Assembly (NCBI GenBank): GCA_030704615.1 | Contig: CM060732.1 | Location: 7,192,001 to 7,256,000 of the forward strand | Direction: 5' to 3' | Origin: Takakia lepidozioides | Taxonomy: Eukaryota > Plantae > Bryophyta | Length of the DNA stretch: 64,000 nt | In this document: one piece after another, positions 10,678-20,453 of the stretch | How the letters are laid out: each line of letters starts with the position of its first letter | Numbering within the stretch: the first letter of the stretch is position 1 | The notes under the pieces: generated by a model | What the model saw: only the letters and a program-made list of their open reading frames with translations | What the model was told of the DNA's origin: nothing | The model's database searches: none | Made by a program: the position numbers and the translations under genes

Positions 10678-13600
10678 CTACTCTCCTACACCCTCCGAGG
10701 AACTTGCCCCACCTTCTTCCTCATCCCCCTCATCCCCCTCATCCTCCGAGCTCTGTGATGCATCAGTTCCACTATGCCTCTCAAAAATCCCGTCCTCTCC
10801 TTGGGGGACTGTCCACCTCACCTCCTGGGAATCTTCTGCGTCTTCTCCCCCACTTTCCTCAGCAGAATCCAACACAAATCTACGAGCCCGACGGGCTCTA
10901 ATAGCTGCTGCCTCCTCCCTCATCTTCATTTTCTTGAGGCTTGCCTCGTCTAAAATCTGCTGTACACGACTACGTTCGGAACACCTCCTAATGGACACCG
11001 AAGCAAGCCGGGCAGCATAAGTAGGCAGCATGTACTCCCTTTCTGGACTAGGCATGAAATCTCCCCTGGCAAAAAAAGGCACGTTCCTCCTGCCCATGAA
11101 CTCCGGTGTAGACGTCCCTCCGGCAGTACTTGGCATCCTACAGTAAGAACAAATCCACTTGAAGAATGTCAATACCAGCACAACCAGAAAGGGTTTTCAA
11201 TGAAATAAGAGAGCGGAGGGAGGTGCCTCACAAAATCTGGAGGCAACTTACAATGCCACCACTCACTCGTAAACCGGGGGCTCCTCGGCCTCGATCCCAA
11301 CTTCCTCCCCCTGCTCCTTCTCGGATTTTTCCTCATCCTCCGAGGATGCCTCTTCCTCTTTCGGCAGACGTTCAGCCGCTGCAAGTTCCGAGTTGTGGAG
11401 GGCAGTATCTGGCTCGAAGGCGAACACATGCCTGTCGGACAACGTCCCTGCCCACATTGAAGCACCTGAGGAACAAAGCGGGCGGTTAATAGCTTGCGGC
11501 ATGCAATTGCAATGGGGCCAGGGGACAAACTGAGCACGTGAAGGCTTACCCGTGCCGCATGTGAGGTCCAGAATCCGCCCTTGGACATCCGAGCACGTCT
11601 CCATGAGGGTTTGGATGAAAGCAGGGCTTCGGGTCCGGCTGTACCGCCACGGTTTGCCTGTCTTTGTGTCCTTCGGCATACTAGAGTGGGGCACATAGTT
11701 GTAGAGGACATCGTAGGTTACAGGGTCCACAGCGGCATCAACAAGACGACCGTCGTTGCGGAATTTGAACGTAGACCCTCTCTTCACAAAGCAATATGCC
11801 TCAAACACCAATGTCTGCACATCCAACAAAGAAGGGATCAATTCCAGGGTCTACTTAACATACACCACAATATGAAGTGAATGCAATAGATTGATAACTT
11901 ACACTTTGGCCCTCTGTTCGCAACCCCTGCGTACTGATGCAGAACCATTTTCTGAGGAGGACCGGGGTGACACTTTTCGGTGTCCACCTTGCCACCGCAT
12001 TCTCTGTGGTCTTCCCTCTCGTGGCAAGGACAACCACACATCCACCGTCATCCAGAAGCATCCCCGCCAGCCCAAACCCGGCTTTCCAGTAGTCCTCAGT
12101 AAACCTGTTCCAGGTGGGCACACCATCCAGGCCCTCCAGCAGCTCCCCATCTGGAATGTCGAGGAGAATCATGTCGCAAGCTCTCTCCACCTCAACCCCC
12201 CCCGAGTGCTCTTGCAATTCGTGCTCACAGCCGTGAAGAATTCCATCATGGCTTCAAAACCAGGGGTGTCTTTAGGCTCTGTACCGGCAGCCCTCTTCTT
12301 GGCTTTTCCCTTCTGCTCCGCCAGAGACTTGTTGTGTGCCACCTTCTTCGCCCTGGCAGCGAGAGCGTCAAGGAAGCTCTCATTGACGCATTGGATGATG
12401 GTTGGAGGTTCTAGCTTTGGCCTGTGCGTAAACGTCACCGCCGAATACCGCCGTGTAGGCTCGCCCTCAAATGCCAACTTCTTGGCAGAGCCAGTCCCAC
12501 TCCGAACTGACTTGGGAACCCGGACGACCGGTGACTGGGTAGGAGCAACAGCAGTCGCAGGACCTTGAACAAAATCGGCGTCGGAGTCACTCTCTTGGGT
12601 CCCCTCCTGCGCCTCCTCCGATGCCCCGATGGTTTTCTTCTTTTTGGGTGTTACTGCAGTCACCTGTTTCCTTGTCCTTTTCCTTTGACCTTTACTCTTC
12701 TCATGCAATTTCTCTTGAATTCCTGCCTGAGCAAGCTCTGCCGCTTTCCTGGAGTTCGCAAGCGCTTTTGCCTCTTTTGCACCCAACGGAGGCAGCGGAG
12801 CCCGGTTTCGTCGGAATTCAGCATCCAGCTTCAATTGAAACTCGGATGGGTCGAGCGAGCCGGGCGGAAGGTCCACATACCAAGGGCAATCACGCAAATG
12901 TTCCAGATGCCACTCCTTCACAATATCGTCAGTGTACATGGAGTCAGCCCCAGGGTTCCTCCATGCCAGGAAGAATGGTGGCTCGAAAGACAGATGACCT
13001 TTCTCCAAAAGCGAGAACTTACAGTACCTGCATTCATGAAAAACCCAATGAGGTCCGAAAATGGCTAACTCCCTGAACGGCAATAGGGCCTACAACTGGA
13101 ATATGGCGCCGAATTTCCACTTCAGGGCCACCCAGTGTAGGGACTTAGCCCGAAAATGGCTAAGTCCCTGGACGGCAATACGGCCTGGAACTGGAAAACG
13201 GCGCCGAATTTCCACTTCCGGGCCAGCCACCCTAGGGACTTACACAAAAAATGGCTAAGTCCCTGGACGGCAATAGGGCCTAGAACTGGAATACGGCGCC
13301 GAATTTCCAGTTCCGGGCCAGCCACCCTAGGGACTTAGACCGAAAATGGCTAAGTCCCTGGACGGCAATAGGGCCTGGAACTGGAATATGGCGCCGAATT
13401 TCCACTTCAGGGCCAGCCAGTCTAGGGACTTGGCCCGAAAATGGCTAAGTCCCTGGACGGCAATAGGGCCTAGAACTGGAATACGGCGCCGAATTTCCAG
13501 TTCCGGGCCAGCCACCCTAGGGACTTAGACCGAAAATGGCTAAGTCCCTGGACGGCAATAGGGCCTGGAACTGGAATATGGCGCCGAATTTCCACTTCAG

Positions 13601-16600
13601 GGCCAGCCAGTCTAGGGACTTAGCCGGAAAATGGCTAAGTCCCTGGACGGCAATAGGGCCTAGAACTGGAATACGGCGCCGAATTTCCAGTTCCGGGCCA
13701 GCCACCCTAGGGACTTAGACCGAAAATGGCTAAGTCCCTGGACGGCAATAGGGCCTGGAACTGGAATATGGCGCCGAATTTCCACTTCATGGCCAGCCAG
13801 TCTAGGGACTTAGCCCGAAAATGGCTAAGTCCCTGGACGGCAATAGGGCCTAGAACTGGAAAACGGCGCCGAATTTCCAGTTCCGGGCCAGCCACACTAG
13901 GGACTTAGCCCGAAAATGGCTAAGTCCCTGAACGGCAATAGGGCCTGGAACTGGAAAATGGCGCCGAATTTCCAGTTCCGGGCCAGCCAGTCTAGGGACT
14001 TTGCCATTTTCGGAGCCCTGACTGGAAATTCGGCGCCATTTTCCCTAACACCACTTAGGCCTCTAACATCCTGAAATGCCAGGACTTGAAAGAAAGGCAG
14101 CGCGTATGTACCTGTACAGAAGGCGCATTGCTGCTTTGTCCGCGTTCGGCTGGTCGGTGAACTCGTGGCTCCGGCGAGCATCTGCTATCTCCCGAAAGAA
14201 TAGGTTGGTTTTGTAGAGCAGAAAGTACCTCGTCACATAGTCACGCAGGCTCTCTGCTGCAGGAGATATCTCCATCTTGAACTGATGTGCTTGTGTGTCC
14301 AGCTGCTCTTGCGCATTCGTCGTCACCTGTGGAGATTGTCCATCAGATCGCTTTCCTCAAAAAATACAATGAATCAACCCCCTACTAGAGTACAAGCCCC
14401 AAACGAAGCGTGGGGAAGTACCTGAAACCACCATGTCATGCGGTTCATCCACATGTCGAATGTGGGGTCAGAGAGTTTGTCCGGTTTGGGGAAGCTCCAC
14501 ATGTCCCTGGTACTTTGGGAACCATTCCAGATTTGGAGCCACCGGGTCTGTCCAACCACCCAGCATATTCGTAAGCGCCAAACACCACAAAAAGGAGTTG
14601 TTGCCACCACAATTTGGTTAAGAATGTATCACCTTTTCTGTTGCATCCACACAGGATGTGGCTAGACGATGGAGCTTCTCCAATGTCATCGTGGGCTTCA
14701 GAGCGCGAGAGTAGTGCTTTCCCACCTCCACCAGAAAGTCGGCACCAAGGGCGGGATCAGCTATGGCCACGTACTTTACCATCCGCGACTTGTACTTTAT
14801 GCGGGCCCTCACCTCCGCAGCTTTGACATACGATTCGAGTTCCGGGAGGGTTGGATTCTTCTCCTCTGACTCCATGTAGAACCTCCGCGCATGTGCCAAA
14901 TCCTGCTGTATTTTCGTCTGTCGAAAAGCAGCACATAAGATTAGAGATCCTGCTCAACACAATTTCTTCTATTGGGGGAGGAGAGACAAATTAGCTCAAC
15001 AAAACTGCAGGAGCTTTACCCGAAATATGTAGTCCACCATGGCGTCGACGCTCAGCCTATACCAGGTTCTGTCTGCCTTTGCCTCCGACTTGCGCAGGAG
15101 GTCGGCACTGAGGGAATTGGCAAACTCTTCCACCCCCTGCCTCCCGACATCCTTCACTCGGAAGAGCATATGGGACAAGTTGGTGGCAATGAAGGCATTC
15201 TCAGTCACCCTGCAGTGCCACATTTCCATCAAACAATACTGAAATGGGAATTTTCATCATATATGAGGATTCGCAATGAAATGACTTCCAAATTCAAAGT
15301 CCAAAAGCGAGAGGGGTTGTAGCTTACGAGTTGATGTCGGCCATTGCAGCTTTGAGAAGACTGCGATCTTTGGGCCCCGCAACCTTCAGCACAACACAAT
15401 CGACGGCGAAATGCCAATCGAGATCGTTGGGGTGGGCTTGGGCAATGTGCTCCATCCATGCCAGGAGGCGATGATTGCCGTCCCACACGTAGAACATCTT
15501 ACCGGACATGTGCTGGAAAAGAGGATCACTAGCAATCGATCTCTCGAACTCCTCATTTCGCGTTTGCCAATGGGGACCCCATTTGTCCACCTCATCGGAA
15601 GTGTGGGCACGGGAAGCTCCGTGGTCGTTCTCAATGGAAACGTAAAAGGCGGCAGACCCCATTCGATATCCATCCCGGAAAGAGAATTTCAGCTTGTCGA
15701 TATCGCCTGGGAGGGCAGGTCTCACCACCTGCAATGACACCAAGCGGCAAAGGGGAATTCGAAGCTTGGCCGGGTACACCATGCCCCCCAGCACCCTGCC
15801 AATGTTGCTGTGGGTTGCCTCCAACATCTTGGCAGCGGCCAACTTCATATCCGCCTCAGACATGACGTCTGCTGCAGAGGGGTTTTCCGGCAGCCCACCA
15901 AGACCGCCAAATCCAGCCTGTATGCTCCGGGTTTGGGGCCTGGGGATGTCCGGGAGAATGTCATCCTGGTCAGAAACATCCATGTCGTCCTCCTCAACAG
16001 GGTCAGCCACCTGCGAAACCACCTCCAGCACTCTCGTCGTCTCTACTGCCCTCTCCCTGGCTTCACCTCGAACTTGCACAATCGGTGCTCTTTCAGGTGT
16101 TCTTTCCTCTCCTCCACTCTCCACCGTATGGGTAATTGCGGGGGCTGCACTTGCCCGCGATGGTCTAACCGGTGTGCTACTGCCTCTCTGTGGTGTCTTG
16201 TAGGGATCCACCGTCTCTGTGTGTCCCTCGCTTACATTGGCATCTGTCATTTGGGCACCCCGGGCCTCTTCAGCTGCCTTTTGTCTTTCCTCCTTGCTAG
16301 CATTCTGTCTCGTCTGTTCTTTTGCCCTCTCTTTTGCCCTCTCACGGGCTTTCTGTTTCTTACTAGGGCTAGCAACAGGGGAGCCCTCCAGGACGACCAC
16401 CTTTGATTGAGGCGAACTGACACCCTCGCGCGCACTGCTCACTCCCCCCTCCGCAGCCCGTGACTGCTCTCTCGCCGGGGATTGCATGTGCTTAGCTTTC
16501 TTCTTTTTCTTTGCGTGGGCGGGCCCTACTGCATGTGCATGAACAACCTCCATTGCCGGATCTGCTGTCCTCATGTCCTCACGCCCTTCACCTGCCATGC

Positions 16601-16919
16601 CGCCTGCACCAACCTCCCCAATGCCTACTCTATCGTAATCTCGTTGCAAGTCCTCCCGTCCACCAACAAAAGATTTAAGTTTGCCCTCTCGCCCCAAGTT
16701 GGGCGATTCAAACATGCGATGAGTTGGAGCTGTCGATGATACCACCAGCGTGCCGGGCTCGTCGTCACTCTGTGATTGACAAAAATCGTGAACACCAACA
16801 GTGGTGCAAAAAGCAGCAGCGCAACCACCATAGCAGCAATCATGTAGCAAAAATGAAAACATAACAAGTTTAGGAAGTATGGAGAGCCATGCAACAACAA
16901 TGAAAACAAATGCAACCAT
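10678..16919 (-). CDS. E2 accessory gene: low-complexity N-terminus, ParB/Srx-like domain, unknown central region, beta-class N4/N6 DNA methyltransferase-like domain, acidic tail; at least 9 exons and one frameshift
   Basis: Approximate exons: ~16770-15328, 15209-~15020, ~14918-14632, ~14545-14422, ~14327-14113, ~13028-11903, ~11815-11550, ~11464-11267, 11137-10678. The first eight align with the E3 paralogue. Motifs WDGNHRLLAW, DMILLDIPDG, LLDDGG and RSPAFIQTLMETCSDVQGRILDLTCGTGAS..AG...DRHVFAFEPD. Frameshift in the G-run near 12200. The 5' end is uncertain. Confidence 0.8.
13056..14040. repeat. Intronic tandem array: about 10 x 95-bp hairpin units (190-bp dimer), centred on the E2 palindrome
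   Basis: Unit GGCTAAGTCCCT...GGAATATGGCGCCGAATTTCC...AGGGACTTAGCC. The ORF track repeats every 190 bp (13346, 13536, 13726). Confidence 0.95.
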
Positions 16920-17519
16920 TGCCTAAGAATGACATGCACAAGCAGCCTTCTCCAGAGCTGCCGGATTTGCACACGCATTGCAAACAATCTAAGGTTCAGT
17001 CAACTATCTAAAGTTCACTCATAAAGCAAAGCCAGGATGAAGATGCAGAAACAAAGCGAGGTAACGAAGCGAAAGCAAAAAAGAAATCGAACAAACCGAA
17101 AGCAGAAGTGGCTTGCCTGAGAGTACTCGGCTTCAGTTGGCGCAGGTTGTGAGCAAGACACTGGAATCTCCTGCTGGAGCTTCAGTTTGGCCATGCGAGA
17201 GATTGGCCGTCGTCCGTAGTACAGAGCTTTCAACTTCCGCCGCGGTCTGGATCTGAGGTCTCTCTCAGGAGAGCCACGCCCTTCAGGCGGCATAAGTCCC
17301 AGCCAAAAAGATCTCCTTTTTTGGGGTACATGCCTGGAATACCATGTTAAGCCAAGTATAGCATGAGATTTAGGGTACGTGTCCAGGAAGCCATGCGTCG
17401 CCAGCCCGAATAATAAGCGACGGCCGTCGACATTTATTGCCCAACTGCGCAATTAAATGTCGGATGAAGCCCTCCATGTCGGAAGAAAATAGACGAAAAC
17501 AGTCCCGGAATTTCCCTCA

Positions 17520-18190
17520 CGCAGGTAATTCGGAAGCGCGCGGATGGAAATCCGGCGCCGAATTTCCATCCGCGCAGGTAATTCGGATGCGCGCGGATGG
17601 AAATCCGGCGCCGAATTTCCATCCGCGTAGGTAGGGCGGTTCGCCAAATTTCCTTCAAGCAGGTAATTCGGATGCGCCCGGATGGAAATCCGGCGCCGAA
17701 TTTCCATCCGCGCAGGTAGGGCGGTGCGCCAAATTTCCTTCAAGCAGGTAATTCGGATGCGCGCGGATGGAAATCCGGCGCCGAATTTCCATCCGCGCAG
17801 GTAATTCGGATGCGCGCGGATGGAAATCCGGCGCCGAATTTCCATCCGCGTAGGATGGCGGTGCGCCAAATTTCCTTCAAGCAGGTAATTCGGATGCGCG
17901 CGGATGGAAATCCGGCGCCGAATTTCCATCCGCGCAGGTAATTCGGATGCGCCCGGATGGAAATCCGGCGCCGAATTTCCATCCGCGCAGGTAGGGCGGT
18001 GCGCCAAATTTCCTTCAAGCAGGTAATTCGGATGCGCGCGGATGGAAATCCGGCGCCGAATTTCCATCCGCGCAGGTAGGGCGGTTCGCCAAATTTCCTT
18101 GAAGCAGGTAATTCGGCGCCGAATTTCCATCCTGCAGGTAAGTCGGATCGGTGCCATATGGATATTCGGCGCCGAATTTCGATTCGCCAT
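17520..18190. repeat. E2 left central array, 53-bp and 85-bp units carrying GGAAATCCGGCGCCGAATTTCC
   Basis: Unit GCAGGTAATTCGGATGCGCGCGGATGGAAATCCGGCGCCGAATTTCCATCCGC, read directly from the sequence. Confidence 0.93.
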
Positions 18191-18199
18191 TTATTTCTG

Positions 18200-18445
18200 A
18201 GCGAGGAATTACCTCCGTGCAGGTAATTCCCATATAAGAATTACCTTCGTGCAGGTAATTCACATACAAGAATTACCTTCATACAGGTAATTTCCAGATG
18301 AGAATTACCTTTGTGCAGGTAATTCTGGACGAGGAATAAACATCGATTGGAATTACCTGCAGGAAGGTAATTGTCATCTGGAAATTACCTGCACAAAGGT
18401 AATTCTTGTATGCGAATTACCTGCACGAAGGTAATTCCTCGCTCA
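18200..18445. repeat. Symmetry centre of E2: 32-bp repeats of AATTACCT-N6-AGGTAATT inside a large inverted repeat
   Basis: GAATTACC starts at 18206, 18238, 18270 and 18302. ~18100-18330 is mirrored by ~18350-18580. Confidence 0.85.
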
Positions 18446-18459
18446 GAAATAAATGGCGA

Positions 18460-19440
18460 GTGGAAATCCGGCGCCGAATATCCATACGGCACTGATCCGA
18501 CTTACCTGCTGGATGGAAATTCGGCGCCGAATTTCCATTCATCCACGATTCGAATTACCTGCAGGATGGAAATTCGGCGCCGAATATCCATATGGCACCG
18601 ATCCGACTTACCTGCTGGATGGAAATTCGGCGCCGAATTTCCATTCATCCATGATTCGAATTACCTGCAGGATGGAAATTCGGCGCCGAATATCCATATG
18701 GCACCGATCCGACTTACCTGCTGGATGGAAATTCGGCGCCGAATTTCCATTCATCCATGATTCGAATTACCTGCAGGATGGAAATTCGGCGCCGAATATC
18801 CATATGGCACCGATCCGACTTACCTGCTGGATGGAAATTCGGCGCCGAATTTCCATTCATCCACGATTCGAATTACCTGCAGGATGGAAATTCGGCGCCG
18901 AATATCCATATGGCACCGATCCGACTTACCTGCTGGATGGAAATTCGGCGCCGAATTTCCATTCATCCATGATTCGAATTACCTGCAGGATGGAAATTCG
19001 GCGCCGAATATCCATATGGCACCGATCCGACTTACCTGCTGGATGGAAATTCGGCGCCGAATTTCCATTCATCCATGATTCGAATTACCTGCAGGATGGA
19101 AATTCGGCGCCGAATATCCATATGGCACCGATCCGACTTACCTGCTGGATGGAAATTCGGCGCCGAATTTCCATTCATCCACGATTCGAATTACCTGCAG
19201 GATGGAAATTCGGCGCCGAATATCCATATGGCACCGATCCGACTTACCTGCTGGATGGAAATTCGGCGCCGAATTTCCATTCATCCACGATTCGAATTAC
19301 CTGCAGGATGGAAATTCGGCGCCGAATATCCATATGGCACCGATCCGACTTACCTGCTGGATGGAAATTCGGCGCCGAATCTCCATCCATCCGAGATTCC
19401 ACTTACCTGCTGGATGGAAATTCGGCGCCAAATCTCCATC
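18460..19440. repeat. E2 right central array, about 9 x 106 bp (2 x 53 bp) with the perfect palindrome GGAAATTCGGCGCCGAATTTCC
   Basis: Near-identical 106-bp units with two alternating spacers. Degenerate copies continue to ~20090. Confidence 0.95.
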
Positions 19441-20453
19441 CGGGGGATGGTCTCTGTCGGAGAGGTGCCGCCTCTCCGCCGCTCTGTTGGATATTCGGTG
19501 CCGAATTTCCGTCCCGGGGGTTGAAATATGACTGCCAGGTTCCGACCTCTCCCCCCTCCCCGACTTCATTGGAACGGCCCCGAATTGAAATTCGGCGCCG
19601 TTTTCTCATCTGTGGAGGTTTTTATGTCGGCCAGTTTTCGCTCTGACACGCCGACAACACTTCCTTTGGGGGGGCCCGGATGGAAATTCGGCGCCGAATG
19701 GCCGTCCAGGGGATGTTCTCTGTCGCACACTGGCCGGCCTCTGTGCCCCAGGCGACTTCATCCGGGCGTCCCCTGTTCGATATTCGTTGCCGAATTTCCG
19801 TCCGGGGGTTGAAATGTGACAGCCAACTGCAGGCCACTCCCCCCTCCCCGACTGCATCCGAATCGCCCCGGATGGAAATTCGGCGCCGTTTTTCCATCTG
19901 GGGATGTTTTTATGCCGTCCAGTTTTCGGCCTGACCCCCCGACACGACTCCCTTTGGGGGGACCGGATGGAAATTCGGCGCCGAATCTCCATCCAGAAGA
20001 TGTTATCTGTCGCACACACTCCGGCCTCTGCGCCCGAGGCGACTTCATCCGGGCTTCCTCTGTTGGATGTTGGGTGCCGAATTTCCATTCGGGGGTAGTA
20101 ATGTGACGGCACGGTGCCGGCTTATCCCCTTCAGCCGTCATCATCCGGACGGCCCCCCACTTTCTGACTGCATACCGTTGGCAGTTATTGCGCAAAGACG
20201 AGGGGCCGCATTCCGGAGACAAGGTTCATTAACACTCTGACTGTGGATTTTTGAGATAGTTGGCTCCCTGGATTTGGATCAGGCTTCGTCGCTCGGACAA
20301 ATCGGCATCGCATTCATTCCCATCGCTGCACCCCCTTCTACCAGGGAGCTTCCCCGCACGCCATCCTGGCAGTCTTGTGTGCACATCTCCCATGGCGGAA
20401 AACCCGAGCGCTACAGTGTACTGCCCTCCTCACGAGCATAGAGCTTCATTTCC

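Noticed and set aside
13061-13908. Repeated 60-62 aa ORFs
   Set aside because: Artefacts of the 190-bp dimer repeat inside an intron.
10678-16919. Bacterial or phage contamination as the source of the ParB-MTase
   Set aside because: The gene has conserved GT-AG introns and lies inside a TSD-bounded element within a plant Gypsy element.
17434-20222. Long ORFs (e.g. 18453-19646, 397 aa) with MEIRRRIS/WKFGAEF repeats
   Set aside because: They are translations of the palindromic tandem array, open on both strands and in several frames.
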